DNA of 64,000 bases from an uncultured Gammaproteobacteria bacterium (GTDB lineage: Bacteria; Patescibacteriota; Microgenomatia; CAYGWK01), in the NCBI GenBank assembly GCA_964353785.1, contig CAYGWK010000001.1, forward strand, positions 26,982-90,981, given 5' to 3'. Below, piece by piece: positions 54,558-62,921 of this stretch. Every line of letters starts with the position of its first letter. Positions within the stretch are counted from its first letter, which is position 1. Below the pieces are notes generated by a model, which was not told the DNA's origin, made no database searches, and saw only the letters and a list, made by a program, of their open reading frames with translations. A program made the position numbers and the translations under genes.

Positions 54558-54822
54558 GGCTTTTTCTAGTATAGTGAACTTTACCAGACTTTGTCAAAAG
54601 CAAAAAAAGTCGTCTCTTAAGTCGCGAGGCTCTCTTTTTAGGGATGACCCCTTTTTTGGCTGCCTGATCAAGAAGACTTTCGGCTGTCCTGACATTCTCC
54701 AAGGAAATTTTTTTTCGGGCAAGGGAAAGAGCCGTTTTAACTTTTTGGGAAATCAAAGAATTTACTCCCGCTCGACGGCGGGAAACCCGAAGAGCCTTTT
54801 TAGCACTTTTGGTTTGTGGCAT
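54496..54822 (-). CDS. rpsT: 30S ribosomal protein S20 with a basic C-terminal extension
   Basis: 'PQTKSAKKALRVSRRRAGVNSLISQKVKTAL...LDQAAKKGVIPKKRASRLKRRL'. Confidence 0.7.
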   Translation of the reverse strand: MPQTKSAKKALRVSRRRAGVNSLISQKVKTALSLARKKISLENVRTAESLLDQAAKKGVIPKKRASRLKRRLFLLLTKSGKVHYTRKSHAQKSNQPSTTGRVRKKASR

Positions 54823-54840
54823 TTGAAGATATAATATATC

Positions 54841-56532
54841 ATGCCAGAAGGATTTTGCAAGAGAATGGTAAGAAATATTTTTAAAAACGGAAAAATAATT
54901 TTTCTAAGACGACAGACAAATATTTTGTCAGCCGCTTTTGTCATTATGGTTACGGTTTTAGTCTCTGGACTTTTGGGGCTTTTCAGGGACCGACTTTTAG
55001 CAGGTAGATTCTTTGGCGGAAGCGAGTGGCAACTAGATGTTTATTTTGCTGCCTTCAGACTTCCAGATATGATTTTTCAGCTTTTAGTGATTGGGGCTTT
55101 GTCGGCTGCCTTTATTCCGGTTTTTTCAGAATACTTAGAAAAAAATAAAAATGAAGCCTATCAGGTTGCCTCTTCGATTATAAACATAGTTTTAAGTTTT
55201 TTTATCTTTTTGGGGATTTTGATTTTTATTTTTGCTCCAGAGCTTTGTCGGTTTATTGCCCCGAGTTTCTCTCCAGAGAAAATTGTTTTAATGTCTTCCT
55301 TGACGCGCCTGATGCTTTTTGCCCAGGTATTTTTTTGTCTTTCAAATTTTTTGACTGGTATAATTCAATCTAATCAGCGTTTTTTAGTTCCTGCCCTCGC
55401 CCCTGTTGCCTACAATTTGGGAATTATTTTTGGAATAATTGCTTTAACTCCTACTTTTGGAATTTATGGACCAACTCTAGGGGTGGTTATCGGCGCTCTT
55501 TTACATCTTTTGGTTCAGCTTCCTTTAGCTTTAAAACTTGGCTTTTCTTACCTTCCGCTGTCTTGGGAATTTTCTCATCCTGGAGTCAAAGAAATTGTTA
55601 GGCTTATGTTTCCCCGAACCCTGGCTTTGGCAGTTTCTCAAATCGAGGCCACGGTGCCTGTCTTTTTGGCAAGTTCGCTTATGGCCGGGTCTTTGACAAT
55701 TTTTTATTTTGCCCAGCACTTAATGAATCTTCCAGTTGGTCTTTTTGGGGGAACTATTGGTCAGGCGGCCCTGCCAGCTCTATCTCAAAATTCCGCTAAA
55801 AAAGATTGGCAGGAGTTTAAAAAAACCTTTTTATCTTCATTTTTTCAGATTCTTTATTTGGTCTTGCCAGCAAGCGCGATTTTACTTATTCTGCGAATTC
55901 CGACAGTTCGGCTTGTTTTTGGAACAAGAAATTTCCCTTGGCAAGCGACAATTCTAACGGGAAAAACTTTGGCTCTTTTTACCATCGCTATTTTTAGTCA
56001 AAGTATAATTCAAGTTTTGGTTAGAGGGTTTTATGCTCTTCGGAATACCAAAACTCCTCTTTTAATTGGAGCTTTTGGGGTGGCAATCAATGTTTTTTTA
56101 AGCGTTCTTTTGACCCTTCGTTTAGGTTTTGGGGTTTTGGGTTTGGCGGCGGCCACTTCAATTGCCAGCTTTATTCATGCAGTTTTGCTTTTTGTTTTTT
56201 TAGACAGAAGTATTAGGGGATTTGAAAGAAAAAGCGTTTTTATTCCTCTTTTTAAGATGAGCCTGGCGACTCTGGTGACCGCCGTCTTTCTCTGGATTCC
56301 GATGAGGGTTTTGGACCGCTACATTTTGGACACCACCAGGACGATAAATCTTATTATTTTGACGATTCTGGCTAGTTTTATTGGTTTAGGGGTTTATATC
56401 CTTTGTTCTTTGATTTTAAAAATTGAGGAACTGGCAGTTTTTATCGGGCTTCTAAAAAGAGTCGGGCAATGGCGAAAGATTCTTTCCGAGTCAGAAGAAA
56501 TGATTGACTCAACCCGAGCCCCCCAAAGCTAG
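54841..56532 (+). CDS. murJ: Lipid II flippase MurJ (MviN); an alternative ATG lies at 54865
   Basis: 'LLGLFRDRLLAGRFFGGSEWQLDVYFAAFRLPDM' plus 14 TM segments. Confidence 0.8.
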   Translation: MPEGFCKRMVRNIFKNGKIIFLRRQTNILSAAFVIMVTVLVSGLLGLFRDRLLAGRFFGGSEWQLDVYFAAFRLPDMIFQLLVIGALSAAFIPVFSEYLEKNKNEAYQVASSIINIVLSFFIFLGILIFIFAPELCRFIAPSFSPEKIVLMSSLTRLMLFAQVFFCLSNFLTGIIQSNQRFLVPALAPVAYNLGIIFGIIALTPTFGIYGPTLGVVIGALLHLLVQLPLALKLGFSYLPLSWEFSHPGVKEIVRLMFPRTLALAVSQIEATVPVFLASSLMAGSLTIFYFAQHLMNLPVGLFGGTIGQAALPALSQNSAKKDWQEFKKTFLSSFFQILYLVLPASAILLILRIPTVRLVFGTRNFPWQATILTGKTLALFTIAIFSQSIIQVLVRGFYALRNTKTPLLIGAFGVAINVFLSVLLTLRLGFGVLGLAAATSIASFIHAVLLFVFLDRSIRGFERKSVFIPLFKMSLATLVTAVFLWIPMRVLDRYILDTTRTINLIILTILASFIGLGVYILCSLILKIEELAVFIGLLKRVGQWRKILSESEEMIDSTRAPQS

Positions 56533-57755
56533 TGGCCATAACGATAAACATCAACGGTCATCTTTTCCCCGTCGTTACAGCCCACCGAGAAGTTTTGTTG
56601 AGTAACTGTTTTTAATGCCCCAAAATCAGCTGTTTGGCGCCACTCTCCACATTTTAAAGGACAAGTCTGATTGGTAACATCATATTTGGTTTCACCTACA
56701 CTCCAGTTGGCTCCGGTAGAGCCATAACAATAAAGGGAAATCGTGCAATCTCCGCCCCCTCCAGAGACCATTTGAAATTTCATTCGGCGAGACAGATAAG
56801 AAACGGAAGTTGAGGAATTACAACCTACGGTGTAAGTTCCAGTTTTAATCCAAGATAAAGTTGGGGTTGGGCTAGGAATTCCGGTTATTGTCGGTGTAGG
56901 CGAGGGCGTTGGCAAAGACGTAGGTGTTGGGGTTGGGATAGCCAGGATGAGGTCTTGGCTGGGTGAGGACTCGCTTATAGCAAAGTTGGCCGAAGCGGCT
57001 CCGTTCTGGCCTGCCTGAACATCAATCAAAACCCTGTCATTTCCGTCAAAATCAAAAAAAGCTCCCAGACCTTGCTTTCTGGTATTTTTGATATCCACTA
57101 CCCAGCCTTCATCACTTTTTGTAACGGTTGACATCAAAGCCGATTTGGTGTCGCTATCGTCTTTTTTGAGCCTGACATAGACCAAAGCACCGGAAATTTT
57201 ATTTCCACCCTGGTCTTTAATAAAGCCATATATTGGACGGGGGTTACCGCTGAGCTCAAGAGTCTTGGGAGTTTTTTGTCCTTTGGCTGTTCCGCCCTTA
57301 ACCCAACGCTCTCCAGCTGGATTTAAACCATAAAGGTCAGGTCCAGATTTAATCTTAAAATAGTAAGTTGTTTCTGCATTTAGGTTAAAAATGGAAACAT
57401 GATGAGTAGTTGAAGAAAAATTTTCTCCGCCTCGGTCATCATAAGTAGTTTTATCGAGGTTGTCTTGGTTGGGGCTGTATTTTAGCCAACCAGTGGTTTG
57501 GGTAAAGGAATTGTCGTTGCCAAGGTCAGAAGAAGTCCAAGAAACAGAGAACCCACCGCCATGGAGATTGGTAATTTTTACATTAGTTGGTCTGGCTTCG
57601 GCTCCGACTGCTTTTTCTTGGTAAATTTGTTGTTGCTGAACCAGAAAAACGGCTACCGGTAAAGCCACAAGGATAAAAAGAAAGACCAAAAGACTGAAAA
57701 TTTGCTTTCGGGAAAGCTTGGGAAAGTTTGGTTTTTTTATTTCTGGAAATTTCAT
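56529..57755 (-). CDS. Secreted FN3-like domain protein (paralog of 51719..53092) with a Cys-containing C-terminal domain
   Basis: 'VKITNLHGGGFSVSWTSSD...TTYYFKIKSG'; N-terminal TM/signal. Confidence 0.45.
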   Translation of the reverse strand: MKFPEIKKPNFPKLSRKQIFSLLVFLFILVALPVAVFLVQQQQIYQEKAVGAEARPTNVKITNLHGGGFSVSWTSSDLGNDNSFTQTTGWLKYSPNQDNLDKTTYDDRGGENFSSTTHHVSIFNLNAETTYYFKIKSGPDLYGLNPAGERWVKGGTAKGQKTPKTLELSGNPRPIYGFIKDQGGNKISGALVYVRLKKDDSDTKSALMSTVTKSDEGWVVDIKNTRKQGLGAFFDFDGNDRVLIDVQAGQNGAASANFAISESSPSQDLILAIPTPTPTSLPTPSPTPTITGIPSPTPTLSWIKTGTYTVGCNSSTSVSYLSRRMKFQMVSGGGGDCTISLYCYGSTGANWSVGETKYDVTNQTCPLKCGEWRQTADFGALKTVTQQNFSVGCNDGEKMTVDVYRYGH

Positions 57756-59234
57756 TTAAAGCGTCCAGGTACAAGCCTTAGTTACATTTATAAAGTAATT
57801 TTGTTCATTTTGCAAGTTAAAATTTTCTCCCCCATAATTTTTAACAAAATCCTCCCACCAATCTTTTCTTTTTCGGGAAATTGCTACACTTGTTCCTGCC
57901 CCACAATCATTGTCAATATCCTCCAAAGCTGTCTTGGCCGTATAGCCTGAAATATCTGGCCAAGTGATTTTATTCCAACCTGAAGAGAGGCTAAACTTTT
58001 TTTCTTGGGGAACCTTGGTTAAAATTTTGGCACTATGGGCAGAAAGACTGACTTTCTTAATTTGAACCGCGTCGTCATAATAATTTCCTCCTAGGTCAAT
58101 ATTTTCGTCTCTGTCGGCGGTAGGGTTGACTAAGACCGTACCATACTCAAAATTTCTTCGATAAGACCGATGATTGGGAATCTTAAAGCCATCAATAGTT
58201 GAATCTTGAATGGGTTTTCCCAATTTAACTTGGGGTCTAGTATCTTCTACCATACTTGGAAGTTCCGTTTCTCGGTCGTAGCAGTAACAAAAATAAGCCG
58301 AGCGATCATTTCCTGAGGAAATAGCTAAAAGATAGGAAGCAAAGCTGAAATTTTCAACTCTTTTTCTTTCAGTAAGACTTTCATCGAGATTTTTAGTTTT
58401 AACCAAGATAATCTGTCCTGGTTTAGTTTTAATTGCATTAATCAAGATACCAACTGCCTCTCTCCAACCTTCCTCCCCGACAGTCCTTTTATTTAAAAAA
58501 CCATCAAATTGGGCTCCATCTGATTCTGACTTGTCCCAGAAATCTTTAGTATTTTTGTATTCATTCCAATGAGAGGGAATCGGGTTCCAAAGATGAAGTT
58601 TTTCCCCAAGGCGTTGTTTTAAAAACTTAAGCCGACCAATTTGGTCGCTAATCCACTCTCCTTGAGTATAGTCTCCACCTCTTTGAGGGTCGGGATCAAT
58701 AATTGGATGAGGTTGAAAATTAGTCTGGATAACCATCGGGCCAGAAACATCGGCAAATATTCCATCATAGCCTTTAACAAGTTGTTCTTGATACTGTTCC
58801 CAGACAAACTCGCGGGTTTCTTGGAGATTTGGTTTAAGAACCTTACAGCTCTCTGCAAGCCAGTGAACAATCTCATTTCCTTTGGCTCTAAGCCACCATT
58901 CCGGATGCTCCTCAACTAATGGTCCCCAATTTTCTTGGCCACAAATTGCGCTGTGGCCTTTGTATTTTAAGATTATAAAATTGGGATTTAACTGATGAAG
59001 TCTATCAATTTGCTCTTTGGTTAAAGAGCCATTCTGGTCACGATAGACATCATAATGACTAGCGATGTACTGAAGATCAGTATCAGTTAGTTTTTTGGCA
59101 TCAATCCAGCAAATCCAAGCTCCGCCGGGAATTTCCGGTTCTGCTTGGGCCCAAGAAACAGGAATTGAAGGTTTAATTTGCCAGAGAAGAAAAGAAAACA
59201 AGGAGATAAAGATAAAAAGAATAATTTTTCTCAC
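57756..59234 (-). CDS. Secreted glycoside-hydrolase-like protein (TIM-barrel GHL-type) with the shared C-terminal ~88-aa module; GTG start overlapping the upstream TGA
   Basis: Signal peptide; C-terminal 'SSGWNKITWPDISGYTAKTALEDIDNDCGAGTSVAISRKRKDWWEDFVKNYGGENFNLQNEQNYFINVTKACTWTL'. Confidence 0.45.
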   Translation of the reverse strand: MRKIILFIFISLFSFLLWQIKPSIPVSWAQAEPEIPGGAWICWIDAKKLTDTDLQYIASHYDVYRDQNGSLTKEQIDRLHQLNPNFIILKYKGHSAICGQENWGPLVEEHPEWWLRAKGNEIVHWLAESCKVLKPNLQETREFVWEQYQEQLVKGYDGIFADVSGPMVIQTNFQPHPIIDPDPQRGGDYTQGEWISDQIGRLKFLKQRLGEKLHLWNPIPSHWNEYKNTKDFWDKSESDGAQFDGFLNKRTVGEEGWREAVGILINAIKTKPGQIILVKTKNLDESLTERKRVENFSFASYLLAISSGNDRSAYFCYCYDRETELPSMVEDTRPQVKLGKPIQDSTIDGFKIPNHRSYRRNFEYGTVLVNPTADRDENIDLGGNYYDDAVQIKKVSLSAHSAKILTKVPQEKKFSLSSGWNKITWPDISGYTAKTALEDIDNDCGAGTSVAISRKRKDWWEDFVKNYGGENFNLQNEQNYFINVTKACTWTL

Positions 59235-60397
59235 AGGTTCCAATTGCAAGCTTTAGTTACATTTATAAAGTAATCTTGTTCATTTTGCAAATTAAAATTT
59301 CCTCCGCCAAAGTTTTTTATAAAATCCTCCCACCAATCTTTTCTTTTTCGGGAAATTGCTACACTTGTTCCTGTCCCACAATCATTATCAATATCAACTA
59401 AAGCAGAGGAGGCAGTATAGCCTGAAATACCCGACCAAGTAATTTTATTCCAACCCGAAGAGAGAGAAAAGGTTTTTTTGCCAGTGGCTAGCTCTTTGTA
59501 GATATAAAAAAGAGAAGAAGGACTTAAGTCGAGGTTAAGAAGTGATTGTTTCATTCCAGGCGAATTACTCCAGAAGAGAACCTCAACCCCTTTCTCTTTA
59601 GCAATTGAATAAAATTTAGGTAGAAGTTTCTCGCTTTCTTCCCAGGTTTGTGACTCTGGATTGAAACTATGACCAGACTCGGTAATCCAAATTGGTTTTT
59701 TTAAATCGTATTTTTTAAGAAATCCTTTGGCTTGGTCAATCCGGTTTGAGAAATAACTCTCGTTTCCGTACGAATGAAAATTAAAGACATCAAAATATTG
59801 CCCACCTCCTTTTTGTAAAACGAGGTCGGTGAAACCGTTTTCCTTTGCGAACGCGCCCGCAACTCCACCAAACAAGACAGTGGCTTGGGGATCATTTTCT
59901 TTAATGGTTTGATAGGCTGTCTTAAGAATTTTGAAATAATAAGTTGAACACTGTTGGGCTCCCTGGTCACAAAATTTTTCTCCACCTGGTTCGTTCCAAA
60001 TCTCCCAATAATGGACTAAATTGAGGCCAGGTGGACCAAAACGCAAAACCATTTGGCGAACATGCTCTTTCCAGGCGGTCAAATTTTTGGCTGTGTCGAC
60101 CAAGTTATCTTCCTGGAGTCTGCCTAGTGGTTGAATTCCGTGTTGGGAAAGAAGTAACAATCTTCGCTCTGTTTGTTCATCGGACCCTATTCCCTCTCTT
60201 GCCCATTTAACTCCTGCCTCGGCCTGTTTTTGGGTGAGGACTTGCTCGTGCTGAATAATTTCTTGCTCGCTGAATCCTTCAAAAAAACGGCCATTAAAAA
60301 ACAGGGCAAGACCAAATGGTGAAATTACTGCTTGAATCTTGCTCACTATGATTAAAGAAAATGTTGAAAAAATCAAAGCAAATAAAATTTTTTTCAC
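59231..60397 (-). CDS. Secreted GH5-like (clan GH-A) glycoside hydrolase with the shared C-terminal module
   Basis: 'HYWEIWNEPG' (acid/base NEP motif), 'PIWITESGHS' (nucleophile TE-x-G), and the same C-terminal module. Confidence 0.55.
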   Translation of the reverse strand: MKKILFALIFSTFSLIIVSKIQAVISPFGLALFFNGRFFEGFSEQEIIQHEQVLTQKQAEAGVKWAREGIGSDEQTERRLLLLSQHGIQPLGRLQEDNLVDTAKNLTAWKEHVRQMVLRFGPPGLNLVHYWEIWNEPGGEKFCDQGAQQCSTYYFKILKTAYQTIKENDPQATVLFGGVAGAFAKENGFTDLVLQKGGGQYFDVFNFHSYGNESYFSNRIDQAKGFLKKYDLKKPIWITESGHSFNPESQTWEESEKLLPKFYSIAKEKGVEVLFWSNSPGMKQSLLNLDLSPSSLFYIYKELATGKKTFSLSSGWNKITWSGISGYTASSALVDIDNDCGTGTSVAISRKRKDWWEDFIKNFGGGNFNLQNEQDYFINVTKACNWNL

Positions 60398-61707
60398 AGG
60401 TTCCAATTACAGTCTTTAGTTACATTTATAAAGTAATCTTGTTCATTTTGTAAATTAAAATTTTCACCCCCGAAATCTTTGACAAAATCTTTCCACCAAT
60501 TCTTTTGCTTCCTGGCGATTGCCATCGCTGTTCCTGCCCCACAATCATTATCAATATCCTCCAAAGCTGTCTTAGCAGTATAGCCTGAAATATCTGGCCA
60601 GGCAATCTTGTTCCAGCCAGAAGAAAGAATAAAAGTTTTTTTACCAGTGGCTAGCTCTTGATAAGCAAAGAAAAAAGGTGTCAGCTCGAGGGTGTCTTTG
60701 TCGATCAGAGAACCTGTCCAAAAAACCTTGCTTATTTTAATGGTAACGCCGGGAATTTTAGTTTTTCCTAGGGCAATGTTATATCTTTCTCGCATTATTT
60801 CAACTTTTTCTTCTTCAGTTGGCGGCTCGCCTGGCATCCAAGAACCCCAAGGACCTCCCTCGGTAACCCAAACCTGTTTTCCTTGAAGGTGGTAATTTGA
60901 ATTATTAATCATCCAGTTCATTGCTTTGATTACCTCAACAAATTGATTTGTTGGACCATATTTATGGAAACCTAAAATATCAGTATATTGTCCTGCGCCA
61001 ATATACTTACCATTTTCATTCTTCATGGCAAAAACTTTACCTATCCAGGTTTGTTCTCCCTCTTCTTTCTTTTCAATTGCTATCTGATCTTTAGCCCAGG
61101 CACCCTCAAAGCTTATCCAAGCTACTGCTTGAGGATCAGCTGCTTTAATCGTCTGGTACTTCATTTTGACATCGGCCAAAAATTTATTGGGCTTTATTGC
61201 TTCTTCTCCAGAGAGTTCAGGGACCATTTCCCAATGTTTAATTGCCCCATTGCCTTTAGAGCCATATCGTCCCACTACCTCTTTGAGCCATTGTTGAAGA
61301 TAATTTGTTTTCTCGGTTTCAGATAAAGACTCAAGCCAATCAGGAGTACAATCTCCGCCTGTCCCCAGGTTTGACATAAGTAAAAATCCATAACTTTTAA
61401 GCAAAGAAATCTCTTGGTCGTGTTTTTCCCAGTCCAATGGGCCATTTTTCTGAGGCTGGACTCTTCTCCAACAAACAAGGGGATCTCCTCGGGGCGCACC
61501 ACCCCATCTTATCCATTTGACTCCGGCATCTTTGTAGGCTTGATAGATTTTTTCTTTTTTTCCTGGGTCAAAGCCCCAATAGTTTATAAAATGTTTGCCA
61601 AAAGGAGAATCCTCATCGGAAAATTGGGAAAATGTTTTGCTGGGAGACCGAAGCAAAGTAGCCAATAAAATTGTTAATAAAAAGAAGATAAAAACATATT
61701 TTTTCAT
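60394..61707 (-). CDS. Secreted clan GH-A-like glycoside hydrolase with the shared C-terminal module
   Basis: 'VWVTEGGPWG' nucleophile-like motif and 'HWEMVPE'; the same C-terminal module. Confidence 0.45.
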   Translation of the reverse strand: MKKYVFIFFLLTILLATLLRSPSKTFSQFSDEDSPFGKHFINYWGFDPGKKEKIYQAYKDAGVKWIRWGGAPRGDPLVCWRRVQPQKNGPLDWEKHDQEISLLKSYGFLLMSNLGTGGDCTPDWLESLSETEKTNYLQQWLKEVVGRYGSKGNGAIKHWEMVPELSGEEAIKPNKFLADVKMKYQTIKAADPQAVAWISFEGAWAKDQIAIEKKEEGEQTWIGKVFAMKNENGKYIGAGQYTDILGFHKYGPTNQFVEVIKAMNWMINNSNYHLQGKQVWVTEGGPWGSWMPGEPPTEEEKVEIMRERYNIALGKTKIPGVTIKISKVFWTGSLIDKDTLELTPFFFAYQELATGKKTFILSSGWNKIAWPDISGYTAKTALEDIDNDCGAGTAMAIARKQKNWWKDFVKDFGGENFNLQNEQDYFINVTKDCNWNL

Positions 61708-61737
61708 CCAAGATTACTATACCACAAGTTTTTCCTC

Positions 61738-61774
61738 TTGACAAATTTTAGCAGTCGTGGTATAAAAGTGCTAA
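61738..61774 (+). promoter_or_regulatory. hrcA promoter (TTGACA 61738-61743; TATAAA 61761-61766) overlapped by the CIRCE operator TTAGCAGTC-N9-AAGTGCTAA (61748-61774), whose last A is the A of the hrcA ATG
   Basis: Direct reading; CIRCE consensus is TTAGCACTC-N9-GAGTGCTAA. Confidence 0.7.
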
Positions 61775-62511
61775 TGGCAGATTTGACCGAAAGACAGGCA
61801 AAAATCTTAAAAACAGTTATTGAAGAGTATATCCAAACAGCTGAACCAGTTGGTTCAGAAACCCTGGATAAAAAATATTCTTTGGGAATTTCGCCAGCCA
61901 CCATCAGAAATGAGATGGTTGCTTTAACCAAAGCTGGTTTTTTGCGTCAACCCCATACTTCTGCCGGTCGGGTGCCGACACCAATGGGTTTTAAGTTTTA
62001 TATTGATTCTTTAATGGAAGAAAAGAAATTATCCGTGGCTGATGAAGTGGCTGCCAAAGAGGCAGTTTGGGATTATCGCTTTGAATTTGACAGGCTAATG
62101 CGTGAGGTGACTCGAGCTTTGGCTCAAAGAACAAAGAATCTGGCCGTGGCGGCCACCAAAGAAGGCGATGTTTATTCTGCCGGTGTAGCTAATATTTTGG
62201 AAATGCCGGAATTTTTTGATATTGATGTCACCAGAAGCGTTTTGGAACTTTTAGACCAAGCCCAAAGACTGGAAAGTTTTTTTGACCGGGCTTTTGGCGA
62301 AGACCCAATTCATGTTCTTTTGGGCGATGAGTTTGAGCAAGAATACCTTAAGCCTTGTGGTTTAGTTTTTACTCATTTTGAAGCAGGACCAAAACACTCT
62401 GGGGCGGTAGGAGTTATCGGGCCATGCCGGCTTAATTATTCAGAAATTATTCCGACCGTTCGTTATTTTGGTGATTTGATTTCGGAGATTGCTAAAAGTT
62501 GGCCCGCATGA
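61774..62511 (+). CDS. hrcA: Heat-inducible transcription repressor HrcA
   Basis: 'LTERQAKILKTVIEEYIQTAEPVGSETL...ISPATIRNEMVALTKAGFLRQPHTSAGRVPT'; the TTG start in the ORF track is rejected in favour of ATG 61774. Confidence 0.85.
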   Translation: MADLTERQAKILKTVIEEYIQTAEPVGSETLDKKYSLGISPATIRNEMVALTKAGFLRQPHTSAGRVPTPMGFKFYIDSLMEEKKLSVADEVAAKEAVWDYRFEFDRLMREVTRALAQRTKNLAVAATKEGDVYSAGVANILEMPEFFDIDVTRSVLELLDQAQRLESFFDRAFGEDPIHVLLGDEFEQEYLKPCGLVFTHFEAGPKHSGAVGVIGPCRLNYSEIIPTVRYFGDLISEIAKSWPA

Positions 62512-62921
62512 AAAAGAAAGATTCAGAAATTAAAAGACTGGAGAATTTGTGGAAAAGAGCCTTAGCAGATTATCAAAATTTAGAAAAAAGGACAGCCGAA
62601 GAGAAAAAAGATTTTGTTAAATTTGCCAATTCGCAGTTAATTTTGAAGATTTTGCCAGCAATTGATAGTTTAGAAAAAGCCGAAAAACACTTAAAAGACG
62701 AAGGATTAAGCCTGGCTTTAAAACAATTAAAAGAAGGACTTATCCAGGAGGGTTTGGAAAAAATCCAAACTCAAGGGAAAGATTTTGACCCAGAAGAAAT
62801 GGAATGCGTTGAAGTTTGTCCGGGCGAGGAAGGAAAGGTTCTTGACGAAATCCGCCCAGGTTATAAACTAGGAGATAGGGTTTTAAGAGTCGCCCAAGTT
62901 AGAGTGGCTAAAAAAATATGA
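62508..62921 (+). CDS. grpE: Nucleotide exchange factor GrpE
   Basis: '[16 protein letters not shown]...[11 protein letters not shown]' and the C-terminal beta domain; ATG overlaps the hrcA stop. Confidence 0.8.
   Translation: MKKKDSEIKRLENLWKRALADYQNLEKRTAEEKKDFVKFANSQLILKILPAIDSLEKAEKHLKDEGLSLALKQLKEGLIQEGLEKIQTQGKDFDPEEMECVEVCPGEEGKVLDEIRPGYKLGDRVLRVAQVRVAKKI

Noticed and set aside
61738-61773. TTG start for hrcA giving 'MTNFSSRGIKVL' extension
   Set aside because: This stretch is the promoter/CIRCE operator; the ATG at 61774 begins the conserved HrcA N-terminus
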